A stretch of 64,000 bases of DNA from Octopus vulgaris (taxonomy: Eukaryota), in assembly GCA_951406725.2 (NCBI GenBank), contig OX597820.1, positions 13,640,001-13,704,000 of the forward strand, given 5' to 3'. The notes below the pieces were generated by a model. That model worked only from the letters and a program-made list of their open reading frames with translations. It was not told the origin of the DNA and made no database searches. Shown here piece by piece: positions 26,904 to 39,857 of the stretch; within the stretch, counting starts at the first letter, position 1, and each line of letters starts with the position of its first letter. The position numbers and the translations under genes are program-made.

Positions 26904-27110
26904 CTGGAAATAGAAAGGAAAAACAATTATAATCAAAGCCAAGCAGAAAGCAAAGAAGGCAATATTCATGAAAATCACCAACATTTGATGTCCACTTTTC
27001 TATGCTTCCATGGGTCAGAAAGGATTTGTTGGAGCAGATTTTCAAAAAACTCTTAACAAAGGCAAAATTCATATCAGCAAAAGAAATAACGCAGGTTACA
27101 AACTGCATAC

Positions 27111-27150
27111 CTTTGTGGGATGTGTGAAACAATAACCAAAAGATTCAAAA
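27111..27150 (-). CDS. Candidate 40-nt coding micro-exon (xFESFGYCFTHPTK)
   Basis: Acceptor AATCCCTTCCCAG| and donor AAG|GTATGC; a 207-nt GT-AG intron joins it in frame to 26903. Confidence 0.55.
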
Positions 27151-27297
27151 CTGGGAAGGGATTAAAGGTTAATGCAAATATGAATTCTAAAACAAAAAAA
27201 GTTTCATTTATTACATCACATGCTCACAATGCAATGAGAATTATATTAGTCAAACAGGATCAAAAAATCAGGTTAGAGTACATAAGCAACAGATCAA

Positions 27298-27446
27298 ACA
27301 TTATTTACATTATTTACGTTTGATAGATATTTGTCCTCATCTTGTTTGTTGTTAACACAACATTTCAACTGATATACCCTCCAGCCTTCATCAGGTGTCT
27401 TGGGGAAATTTCGAACCTGAGTTATCATTCCTAAGGTATTTTTCGA

Positions 27447-27491
<45 letters not shown>

Positions 27492-27583
27492 TCAGGTCAC
27501 TGCCTGGAATTGAACACGGAATCTTGGGGTTAGTAGCCAGTGCTCTTAACCACTATGCCATATGTCCAGGGGCATATGGCGTA

Positions 27584-27621
<38 letters not shown>

Positions 27622-27794
27622 CAAAAAATATCTTAGGAATGAGAACCCAGGCTCGAAATTTCTCTAAGACACCTGATGAAGGCTGGAGGGTATATCAGCT
27701 GAAACATTGTGTTAACAACAAACAAGATGAGGAGAAATATCCGTCAAATGTAAATAATGTACATAATTCCTCATCTCTTAAATATAGAACTGTA
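27298..27794. mobile_element. Head-to-head pair of tRNA-head/(AAT)n/hammerhead elements, copy 1
   Basis: Minus unit complete (A-box TGGCATAGTGG, B-box GTTCAATTCC); plus unit keeps only GGCATATGGCGTA of the head; both carry ACAC-CTGATGA-AGGCTG...CAG(C/T)T-GAAA...TGTGTT. Confidence 0.8.
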
Positions 27795-28069
27795 TTAACA
27801 GATCCATATTTTAGAAATGTTCCATATAGTAAACATCTAGACATATGTGCAAATGGAAAATTCAAAATGCTTCCTTTCTTCAAAATAAAGGTAGAAAAAT
27901 TATCAAGAATGAAAGGCAAAAGAAGAATACCATTACAAGAATTCTGAATCTGAAACTAAATCAGAAACAAGTGATCACCTCTGCTACTAAAAACAACTTT
28001 CTGTATATGGATTACCCCACTACATGGGTTTGAAAAACTGGACAATGAAAGCACATCCTTGTTTTTGTA

Positions 28070-28309
28070 TACATTCGCTACTTTCTTCCAAGGAATCTAA
28101 TGCTCTTGGCTTAGTTTTTCCTTGGGGCCGGCCAGATTGGAGCAATCTCAAGTATATTCAGCCGAAATTGCAAAGATAATCTGGTACTTGGCTGAGGAAA
28201 GAAAACTTCGAATGACCCATCCTTGTTTTCTTTGTGTCGTCTCTCTGGATGTTTTGTTGTCCCAATTTTGTATGACCTAACTGTCGGAACGTTTTTCATT
28301 CTTGTCCCG

Positions 28310-28320
<11 letters not shown>
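28070..28320 (+). mobile_element. Probable Penelope-like terminal fragment
   Basis: Degenerate core CTGAGGA-AAG-AAAA-CTT-CGAA, then a T-rich stretch running into (TA)n. Confidence 0.35.
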
Positions 28321-28350
<30 letters not shown>

Positions 28351-28419
28351 GGAGTAAACACATAAATGTGAAACAAGGTGGAAAAAAGAGTACTCAAATA
28401 CCAGTGGTAGAGTAATATG

Positions 28420-28586
28420 CTTTATTTTAAGCAGCAGAAAATTCAACAAAATCTGTTACTCTGAGTTTCTCATTGCCGTTCATCAGTTTGGTATATCGGT
28501 TCCATTCTCGCAAAAACTGTCTGATGAACGGCAACGAGAAACTCAGAGTAACAGATTTTGTTGAATTTTCTGCTGCTTAAAATAAA

Positions 28587-28587
<1 letters not shown>
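28420..28587. mobile_element. Short inverted pair with hammerhead-like cores pointing outward
   Basis: About 67-bp arms 28420-28487 and 28520-28587; right arm reads CTGATGAACGGCAACGAGAAACTC. Stem II is poor. Confidence 0.55.
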
Positions 28588-28624
<37 letters not shown>

Positions 28625-28630
<6 letters not shown>

Positions 28631-29050
28631 AAAGAAGAAAATGGAGGGGCTACAAAAACGACATACATCAGTCGGTAGACATTCTATTATGTCTATTTTC
28701 ATTCTAAAACATGAGGAAGTATTATAAGAAAACATACACGTGCAAAGACTGTGTGCTACACAAATACATACTAGTAATAAATAAAAGAGTAAAAGATTGA
28801 AAGATTAATTAGAACCCTAATTTAATCTTTTAATCTTTTTAATCTTTTAATCTTTTTAATCTTTTAAACTTTTTAATCTTTTAATCTTTTACTTTTTAAT
28901 CTTTTAATCTTTTACTATTTTATGTATTACTAGTGTATATTTGTGTAACACACAGTCTTTGCATGTGTATGTTTTCTTATAATACTTCCTTATGTTTTAG
29001 AATAAACAGACATCATTTTTGTATCCCTTCCATTTTCTTTTTTGCTGTAT
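28625..29050. repeat. Fold-back inverted repeat around a (TTTTAATC)-like tract
   Basis: GGAAGTATTATAAGAAAACATACAC..GCAAAGACTGTGTG is reverse-complemented at about 28945-28995. Confidence 0.8.
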
Positions 29051-29220
29051 AAATTAAGGGTAAACCACTTTTTACCCCCACCCATATATGACACTCAATT
29101 GTGAAATTGCCACGCAATAACCAGCACTTGGGTATTAATAATTGGGTACACTACCAGCAGTATATTGGATAGGTACTATCCCTTAATCGGTTGACTTCCC
29201 AACCTCTAACTCTCATGAAA

Positions 29221-29265
<45 letters not shown>

Positions 29266-31136
29266 TAACAGGTTCTATGCAGCTTCCAAGCACCAAACTT
29301 CACTCATATGGCATTAATTAACCTAAACTTACATAAGAAAACACTTGCTTTTAGGCTAGTGTCTTGAAAAATTACCAAACCTGGAATTACACATTGCAAA
29401 ACCAATTTTCTTAACCAACCAATCATGCCTATATCCTTCGTACGCATAGCAATTTTTTCTTTTTTTTTTCTGTTTCACGTTGTGGTGTATATTTTGATAT
29501 CAATATAGCATCAGGTTGTTGTAATAAATGTTCCTGAAGGAGGCGTATTTTACAAGAATGTCATGTGATTCTGCAGTGTTTTATTGCAGCTGTCATGAAC
29601 GCTGGCATAATCAATTCTGAAGACAATGGCAAAATATATCAAGAACTTGTATCCCTCTTATATAATATTACTAAACATGGAAATTTGGTAAATTTTTTTT
29701 GTGTCTTCTCTTTTAGCATTTTTGTTGAAGTTTTTATCTGTATTACTTGCCTTCCTAAACAATATGTTATATGTTCAATGCAGCAATTATCATTCGAAAA
29801 ATACAAAATCACCATCATCATTTATTGTCCATGTTCCACGGTGGCTGGCATGGGATGTCTGGTTTGACCGGATCCGATGTGCCAAAATATGGATCATACT
29901 CCAGTGTCTACTTTGGCATGGTTTCTGTAGCTGGAAACCCTTTCTAATGCCATCCACTTTATATCATGTACTGAGTGCTTTTTATTTGTGCTATCAGCTC
30001 TTGCAAGGTCACCATGGAGCTTATAAGTCATTGAACCCCACGGAGGGCCTTTAGTATTTAAACTGGCTGTATCTGGTTGAAATATTCCTTCTGTTTTGTG
30101 TTCAAACCAGCCAGATCAGACCTCTCGTAACTACCCTACAATGTCAATCTAAAAATAAACAACCAGATTATATTAATCCCGAAACTAAAAGATAATCCAT
30201 GATTAATTCAAAACAATGTGGATAAATAAGCATTACATTTAAGAGCAGAGTAATCTGAAAGTTAAAGGGTTGAGCTAGGAGATGAAAACTAGAGAAGGGT
30301 AAAGTATAAGTATAAGTATAAAGCATAAGCAAAAAGAACCAGAGCAAAACAAGTTTCTTGGTGCAGAGGAGTTACATGGCTACTCATATTTTAGAAGAGA
30401 AGGCGGGAGTGATCAGGGAGGAGCTGGAAAGTGATACAAGTGGGGTGATGATGTAACAGGGAAATAAATTGTTGGAAGTTCATATTTAGAAACATAACAA
30501 AACAGAATGAAGAGGTGTTGTTGGTGCTCTCTCTCTCTCTCCATATCTCTCTATCTTTCTCCTTTCTCTTTCTATAGGTAATAGCATTTCTCCACTAACC
30601 CATTCTCTCTCTCAGTTCTACTTCTTATTCATCTCTCTAGCTGCATCATACATCCATTCTTCATATTTCTCACCCTGCTTCACCTTCCTCTTTTCTGGCT
30701 TCTAGACATCTCAGGTCAACCCTGACAGAACCCGCTTATGGTTAAAGACATTCTAACTATGACCATCACAACATTTTGTTTCTATATTCATAATTATGTT
30801 GTCCAATTTGTTCTATGTCTTTTTTCTTTTTTAAGAAAAATCAGTAGGTATGGTTTCATGATAGGGACAGCATGTAGCTTTGTGGTTATGGTGTTACACT
30901 CATGATCACAAGATCGTAGTTTCAATTCCCAGAGTGGGAGGTATGCTGCGTTCTTGAGCAAAACATTTCATCTCATGCATCTCACATGTAGCATATGTAG
31001 CACACCACAAACCTATGCAGGTTATGTTGATCCGATGGAAGGAGTGACATAATGGACAAAACAAACGTTTGACCACTATAAATATATTACCCCTGCAGGA
31101 TGTTCGGCAAGAAATTTTAGATCCCTTATCTCATCA

Positions 31137-31615
31137 TCATCCTCATCATCGTTTAACGTCCGCTTTCCATGCAAGCATGGGTTGGACGATTTGACTGAGG
31201 ACTGGTTAGCCAGATGGCTGCGCCAGGCTCCAATCTGATCTGGCAGAGTTTCTACAGCTGGATGCCCTTCCTAACGCCAACCACTCTGAGAGTGTAGTGG
31301 GTGATTTTATGTGCCACTGGCACATTGGCCAGTCAGGCAGTACTGGCAACGGCCACGCTCAAATGAGGCTTTTTATGTGCCACCTGCACAGGAGCCAGTC
31401 CAGAAGCACTGGCAACGACCTCGCTCGAATGTTTTTTCATGTGCCTCCAGCACAAATGTCAGTAAAGCGACATAGGTAACAATCACACTCGAATGGTGCT
31501 TTTTACATGCCACCGGCACGGAAGCCAGTTTGTTGCTCTGGCAACGGTAACGCTTGGATGGTACTCTTAGCGCTCCACTAGCACGGATTCCTGTCATCGA
31601 ATTTGATTTCGATTT
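31137..31615 (-). mobile_element. 5'-truncated copy of the RTE 3' UTR with (GAT)n tail
   Basis: Matches 50100-50705 (GGTTGGCGTTAGGAAGGGCATCCAG; CCAACCCATGC..GCATGGAAAGCGGACGTTAAA). Confidence 0.85.
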
Positions 31616-31996
31616 CGATGTAGTCTACAAATAGGGAGTCCACAAACGTGTGATTTGAAATAAATATGACTGCTATTTCTAACAGAGTAATCACACAGAG
31701 ACCACCTCAGAGGTTTGATACGAGCAGGAGTTTTTGATCTAACCACCCCACAATTGTCTTTTGTTCAGTTCCAAACAAAGATAATGGCAGCATTCATAAT
31801 TATTTGCAATGAAACCTCATAATAATTGAATAATAATCTTCAAAAAATACATCATCTTCAAAACTATGCAGAATAATTCTATGAATAAGAAATTTCGGTA
31901 GCAGCAGAATAATTCTTGCATCCATTGTTTATCCTGTCCTGATAAGAGGAATTCTTCAGAAAAAGAACTTCCTTGTCTGCTACTGATAAGTGTAAA

Positions 31997-32031
<35 letters not shown>

Positions 32032-32877
32032 AAGTCATTGGCATGGTTGTGTGATTCAGAAGTTTGCTTCCCAACCACGTGGTCTTGGGTTCGAGTTCCA
32101 CCACGAGGCACCTTGGGCAAGTGTCTTCTAATATAGATCCATACTGACCAATACTTTCTGAATGGTACATGGAAATTGAAGGAAGCCTGTTGTATATGTA
32201 TGTGTGTGTGTGCATGTGTGTGTGTGTGCGTGTGTGTATATACATGCATATACACAAACACATATAGCATGTGTGTGTATGTATATATACGTGTGTATAT
32301 ACATGTCTATACACACACGTATAGTGTGTGTATGTATATATATGTGTGTATATACATGTATATACACACACACATATAGCGTGTGTGTGTGTATACGTAT
32401 GTATATACATGTACATACACACACACATATAGTGTGTGTGTATGTACATATCTGTGTGTATATACATGTATATATACACACACATATAGCGCATGTGTGT
32501 ATATGTGTATATATATATACGTATATACAAGTGTATACACACACACATATATATACGGTGTGTGTGTGAGTGTGTGTGTATTTGTGATTGGGAGTGTGTG
32601 AGTGTTTGTGTCTCCTTCTTTTGACATCACATGATAGTTGAACATGAATGCCATTCATTTCCAGTCGTCTGCAGAATCATGTCCAGCCATAATGAAAATG
32701 TTAGGTTACCTGCAAACAGGTAAGAGTCAGGTGACAGGAAGAGCATCAGGGCACCCAGCCATAGTAAAAATTTACTTCAAGAAACTCCATTCTGAGCCTT
32801 ACAAACACAGAAAAGCGGACATTAAAATGATGATGATGATGATGACGACGATGATGATGCGGATGAAGATACTACAA

Positions 32878-32948
32878 AATCATAAGTCTAGTTGTTAGGA
32901 TTCTTGGCTTACACCCAGGCAGTCCAGGTTCAATTCTTGGCATGGGAA
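32878..32948 (+). pseudogene. Degenerate tRNA-Glu-like sequence
   Basis: GTCTAGTTGTTAGGATTCTTGGCTTACACCCAGGCAGTCCAGGTTCAATTCTTGGCATGGGAA aligns by eye with eukaryotic tRNA-Glu(TTC); the 5' acceptor strand is lost, the anticodon loop reads CT-TAC-AC, and a T5 run follows. Confidence 0.7.
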
Positions 32949-34381
32949 CGTTAATTTTTAAAAGGTGGTGCCCCAGCATGGGTGCAGTCACATGACTGAA
33001 ACAAGTAAAAGAATAAAAGAATAACAGAACAGCATTGTGATTTTTCACTCTTGTAAGCTGGTCATGTGATTAACCCTCTGCTCCTTCTTTCTTATATATG
33101 CATCAGATTATCAATACAAGTCTTCTTCGTATCTCTCTCTCTCTCCATATCTCTCTATCACTCTCTCTCCCTACATATATATATATATATATATTTCTCC
33201 TTTCTCTTTCTATAAGTAATAGCATTTCTCCACTATCCCACTCTCTCTCTCTCAGTTCTACTTCTTATTCATCTCTCTAGCTGCATCACATATCCATTTT
33301 TCATATTCCCCACCCTGCGTCACCTTCCTCTTTTCTGGCTTTGAGACATGAACACATATATGTATATATACCAGACACACATGTCCAACTCCATAGAGGA
33401 TGCATGTGTGCATGTGTGCATGTGTGAGTGTGTGTGAAGCATACAAATACAACAGATATGTGTACATACATATATGCATATATATATATGCATATATGTA
33501 TGTCCACATACAAACACATATTTGCTCACATGTATGTTTAAATATATATATTTATGCACAACCGTTTATATATACAGAAAGAGAGAGAAGGAAAGGGATA
33601 ATACAGAGAGAGAGAGAGAGAGATGGATGGATGGATGTACGGATAGATAGATAGAGACAGAGAGAGAGACAGAGAGATAGATAGGTAGATAGATAGACAA
33701 GCAGACAGACAGACAGACAGACACATGGATAGATTATGCATACATTAAACACAAATATAAATATAAATACACCCCCAACAAAACACACACACAAACCCAC
33801 ATACACACACAAACACACACACACACACACATACACATACACAAACCCCCACACACACGTACGTGTCCATAAGTGCGTCTGCACATGTGATCCTACATGG
33901 TTGAATGGCTACATGATTACATCACACTCGCTGATTACTCGCCATTAAAAACCGACATAAAGTTTGCCACTGTTATAAAACTTTGATGTTAAACCATTTA
34001 TTACTTACGAGATCCTCCGCATTTCCACCAATCTAAACATCCACAATGTTATGATCAATAATTGTTAAACACTAACCATGAATGCTGTGATATCAACAAT
34101 GAAGGCTTTGATCCTGACTTATTAAAGGCCCCACCGACTGTTTATCTCAGCAGATTTGCAAGAAATATTCATGATAGCCAAGGATGTATACATAAAATTA
34201 TGCGGGAATATATGTATGTATGTATATGTGATATGTGTGTATATGTGATATGTGTGTGTGTGTGTATACATAAATACATGTGGTTATCTTTCTCCCTCTC
34301 TCTATATATATATATGTGTGTGTGCATAGACATACACACACACATACATACACATATATGTACATACATATATTTATACAA

Positions 34382-34421
<40 letters not shown>

Positions 34422-34525
34422 GTAATATACATACATAGACATATATACATAAATATATACATAAATACACACAAAAATATACACGCAAGTGGGGGTGTAT
34501 GCTTATATATATATATACATACATA

Positions 34526-34584
<59 letters not shown>

Positions 34585-34605
34585 TTATATATATGATATA
34601 TTATA

Positions 34606-34658
<53 letters not shown>

Positions 34659-35364
34659 GTATGTATGTATATATATATATATACACCACACACACTCATT
34701 CACACGTATCTATATATCATTATCACTGTAGCACTTCCCTCATCTACACAAGTATATGTCAGGAAATCATTTGTTAGTTTCTCTTTTGCTTTTTAGCAAA
34801 TATTTCTTTTCAACAGCTGGACGCTCCACCGACTCTGAAACACCACAGCTAAGTGAAGTAGGAGTGGACTCTAATTCTGCTCAGTGACGCAAACTAAATC
34901 AAACAGATTAATAATATGTCTTGCTCAAAAGCCACAACAATTGCAGTTTTATGTCTTCAACCTATAACAATATGATTTGTGCAACAGCATCTTAACCTTC
35001 TAGCCGTTCCTTATGTGCATCTATGTGCAAATGTCTGTCTATCTATGGATGCGGAAGAATATGTATATGCATATATGTAAATGTGTCTATTTAAGTTCTG
35101 CCAACAGCAGAAAAGTAGAGAAAAATTAAGGGTGAATTGTTAACCAATTTAATGTTGGCATTTAATATTTTATGTTTGCGGTTATGTGAATGACTTGGGT
35201 ATTGGCTTTACTGCCTTTCTTCTTTTGTCAATATTCAGGTTATATATAATGTTGTAGCACTGACAAGAAACAGGTCTGAAGATATTCCAAATGGGGAAAT
35301 AACATAGCATTAAGCTGAACGCTTGCGTTAAATCGTTTCATGGAAGTTTGTCTAAAGACATATA

Positions 35365-35720
<356 letters not shown>

Positions 35721-36043
35721 TTAGACATGGCTGCACGCTTAAAAAGCTCACTTTGCAACCACATGGTTACGGGTTCAGTCCCACTGCATGGCAACTTGGA
35801 CAAGTATTTTCTACTATAGCCCCGAACAGAACAATTTCTTGTGAGAGGATTTAGCAATTGAAGAACATTCTGTGTGCATGTGTGTGTGTGCGTGTGTCTC
35901 TGTGTTTGTCCCCCACCACCACTTAACTGGTGTTCATATGTTAATGTCCCTGTAACTTAGTGGTTCGGCAAGACACACTGATAGAAGAAGTCCCAGGCTT
36001 TAAAAAAACAACAACAATAATAATAATAATGATAATGATAATA

Positions 36044-36078
<35 letters not shown>

Positions 36079-36224
36079 CTGGGATCAATTTGTTCAACCA
36101 AAATTCTTCAAAGTGTTGCCCCAGCATGGCCACAGTCTAATGACTGAAACAAGTAAAATATAAAAGACACGAGCAATGTAAGGTTCCAATATATTTCACC
36201 CTAAATAAAGTATTATCATCTACC

Positions 36225-37508
36225 TATTGGGTCCTCCCAGAAATAATGTGGTTTTTTCATAGTTCTTTTATCTTTCAAAATTAAGATAAAGTTCTTTTTT
36301 AATCTAAAATATACTCTCCATTTTCTACAATGCTCTTCCATCTATCTGGTAAACTTGCAAGGCCCCTCTTCCAAAATTCACTTGTCCATATAAAAATAAT
36401 CCTCCAGTACTGTTTTGACCTCATCTACAGAATTCATTACTTTTCTGTCTAAATGATTTTGAAGACTGCGGAATAAATTATAATAAAACGGGGCAATGTC
36501 TGGCAACTCTGGTGGGTGGGGCATCATTTCCCATTATACTCCAGCCTGTGGGATGTCATCTTCACTGTATGTGGCCAAACATTATCCGTCCGGATGGAAG
36601 AACAGCTTTTGTCCTGAAATCAAAGATGGTCGTTTTTCTTCTACCGCTGACTTAAGCCCCTCAAGCTGCTCACAGTAGATCTCCTCTGTTATCATTTGAT
36701 TTGGCTTTAAAAGTTCAAAGTGGACTAAACCTTTCATATTCCACCAAACAGATAACAATACCTTACATAGGTGAAGACTTTCTTTAGCCTGGGGTGCTGA
36801 TGTTTCTCTTTTACTCACCCACTGTCTTTGGTGCTTAACATTTTCATAGAGAACCCATTTTTCGCCACCAGTTTCTATGTGGTCCAAAAAAGGGCCATTT
36901 GTGAGACGTGACATCAAAGAAGAGCACACATTCACTCTCTATGCACAATTAGACTCGGAAAGTATGTGAGGAACCCATTGACCCAATTTGCTGACTTTTC
37001 TGATGGCACACAGGTGTCAATGAATGGTTGAATGACCAAATCCAAACTTCTCTGCTAGTTCCTCAACAGTCACAATGGGATTTTGTTCCACCAAGGTTTG
37101 CAGGACATCCTTGTTGAGTTCTACAAATCTTCCAGGACAAGGCTCATCTTTTAGGCTGTAGTTTCTGGCTCAGAATTTCTGGAACCACCATTGACACTGG
37201 CTTACACTTATCATTTAATCCCTATATACTGCATTAATATTCCTTGCACTTACCATTGCATTGTTGCCTTTATTGAACTCATAAAGTAAAATATACCGAA
37301 TATGCTCCTTTGTCACTTCCATTATAGCTTTGAAAAAATAACTGCTAAAATCGAACTGCCCTCTTCAAAACTTGCACCAAGAATTAAAAAGAAGATAAAG
37401 TTACTACCTGCTTTTATAGCAAGTTGATGCAGGTAGTTTATTCCGACCCCCTCCGACTTTTAGTTCATGCAATTGAAAAAACCACATTATTTATGGGATG
37501 GCAGAATA
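36225..37508 (-). mobile_element. Mariner DNA transposon, full length (~1.28 kb), inactive
   Basis: Imperfect TIRs (TA)TTGGGTCCTCCCAGAAATAATGTGGTTTTTTCA vs reverse complement (TA)TTCTGCCATCCCATAAATAATGTGGTTTTTTCA; TA at both ends; transposase inside. Confidence 0.92.
36299..37322 (-). pseudogene. Mariner transposase pseudogene
   Basis: MEVTKEHIRYILLYEFNKGNNA... with an early stop; WVPH motif; TGGEKWVLYEN (first catalytic D changed to G); KVLLSVWW; ends ENGEYILD*. Confidence 0.9.
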
Positions 37509-38192
37509 TATAGCCAAAGTGAAACCATGTAGTTTTCATAGACATGATAATGATTGTTTAAGAGCAGAGAAATTCATGGAGAATATCTGTGATGCCATGA
37601 AACTAAAACTGTTGCTGTTAGCCAACATCTCATGTTGAAGTAGAAAAAAAACAGTGTAGACACATGATCTAGATGCAAGATGCATGGAGGGAGAAAACAA
37701 CTGTTACTTATAATGAAAATAATATCAATTTAATTAGGCAATCTTGAGTTAATGATTCATCTTCATCATCAAAAGCATTATTTAAAATCCATTTTTGACA
37801 TGCTTGCATGACTCAAGTGGAATTTGTTGAGGCAGAGTTTTGATGGCTGGGTACCCTTCCTGTCATCAACCTTTACCGCTTTCCAAGCAGGACGATATTT
37901 CCTCATAGCCTCAGATGATATCTTTTATATCAAGGAAGACTGGAAACAAACCACCTCGTTTGTATGATGGGGATGCTCATTTACAACCATCATGTGATGT
38001 CAGGACAATGATGCACACAGATGTACTTGCACATACGCACCCACACATAAACATGCTTGCACACACACACACACACACACACATGATGTATATGTCATTC
38101 CAAAATGTAACTACATGTGGATTGCTGGCGATTTTTTTCCTCTGTCTTCTTTTTCTCTTTGACTTTCCTCTCTCTCCTGTTTCTGAAGAAGA

Positions 38193-38676
38193 GCTTTGCT
38201 TGAAATGTAAAACACCCTTTCTTTCCTTCCCTGAACATTTTCTTAATATTTTGTCTATACCACATCCTCATGCTATTGTTTTTTCTTGTATATTTTCCTC
38301 CGTTTCCTCAGGCATTACTGGCAACGGCCACACTCAAATGGTGACTTTTACATGCTTTGCTTGAAATGTAAAACACCCTTTCTTTCCTTCCCTGAACATT
38401 TTCTTAATATTTTGTCTATACCACATCCTCATGCTATTGTTTTTTCTTGTATATTTTCCTCCGTTTCCTCAGGCATTACTGGCAACGGCCACACTCAAAT
38501 GGTGACTTTTACATGCTTTGCTTGAAATGTAAAACACCCTTTCTTTCCTTCCCTGAACATTTTCTTAATATTTTGTCTATACCACATCCTCATGCTATTG
38601 TTTTTTCTTGTATATTTTCCTCCGTTTCCTCAGGCATTACTGGCAACGGCCACACTCAAATGGTGACTTTTACATG
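38193..38676 (+). repeat. Tandem triplication of a 161-bp unit
   Basis: Units start at 38193, 38354 and 38515 and look identical by eye. Confidence 0.95.
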
Positions 38677-38931
38677 CCACCTGCACAGGAGCCAGTCTAG
38701 TGGCACTGGCAATGACCTCGCTAGAATGCTTTCTTTTTTCACATGTCACAGGCCCTCGTGCCAATGGAACGTAAAAACACCCACTACACTCTCGGAGTAG
38801 TTGGCATTAGGAAAGGCATCTAGCTGTAGAAACTCCGCCAGATCAAGATTGGAGCCTGGTGCAGCCATCTGGTTCACCAGTCCTCAGTCAAATTGTCCAA
38901 CCCATGGAAAGCAGATGTTAAACGATGATGA

Positions 38932-38935
<4 letters not shown>
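38635..38935 (+). mobile_element. RTE 3'-UTR-derived pieces in opposite orientations, ending in (GAT)n then (TA)n
   Basis: Minus-oriented modules to about 38750, then plus-oriented CCCACTACACTCTCGGAG...AACGATGATGATGAT. Confidence 0.75.
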
Positions 38936-38984
<49 letters not shown>

Positions 38985-39539
38985 CACACATAAGTATATA
39001 TTTCCTTTCGGTTTCCATCCAAATCCACACACAAGATATTGATTGACCTGGGGCTATAGTAGAAGACACTTGCCCAAGGTGCCACGAAGTGGGACTGAAC
39101 CCAAGACCACATCTTATTAAAATACAAATGGACAGACATACACACACGTACATACACACATATAAACATAAATCACAAACAAGACGTTCGTTAATTCGTT
39201 TGAAATCTGGTTCAAGCTACTTTTATAAATTGCCAAGTTAAAATACTTTATATTAAGATTTCCAACCAACCATGATATAAAACACTGCAACACAAGCTGG
39301 GAAGCAAATACCAATTCATGTACAGGAACAAGCACAAGCTGTTGAACATTTGTTATAATTGGAAATCATGAAGAAAGTTCATGTGATCGTTGCCATTGGT
39401 TGTTATACGAAAAGAAGGTGGTTACATTTGTGCATGCATGCGTGTGTGATTTGGTCATTGAACTGCAGCCATACTGAAACACTGCTCCTTATTTTTTTAA
39501 GCTTGGTATTATATTCCATTGTGGAAATTGTAGTTAAGA

Positions 39540-39857
39540 CACATGTGCCGGTGACACGTAAAAAGCACCATCCGAACGTGGCAGATGCCAGCGCCGCCTG
39601 ACTGGCATCCCTGTCAGTGACACGTAAAAAGCACCAACCAATCGTTGCTGTTTGCCATCCTCCCCTGGCCCCTGTGCCGGTGGCACGTAAAAAACACCCA
39701 CTATACTCAGGGAGTGGTTGGCAATAGGAAGGGCATCCAGCTGTAGAAACACTGCCAAACCAGAATGGAGCCTCCTTAGCTTACCAGACCCTGGTCGAAC
39801 CGTCCAACCCATGCTAGCATGGAAAACGGACGTTAAATGTTGATGATGATGATGATG
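39540..39857 (+). mobile_element. 5'-truncated RTE 3' UTR copy
   Basis: Three GTG(A/G)CACGTAAAAA modules plus the conserved tail and (GAT)n. Confidence 0.85.

Noticed and set aside
34009-34032. Possible 24-nt minus-strand micro-exon (TTTAG|...CTC|GTAAGT)
   Set aside because: Good donor but weak acceptor, and too short to judge without RNA data.
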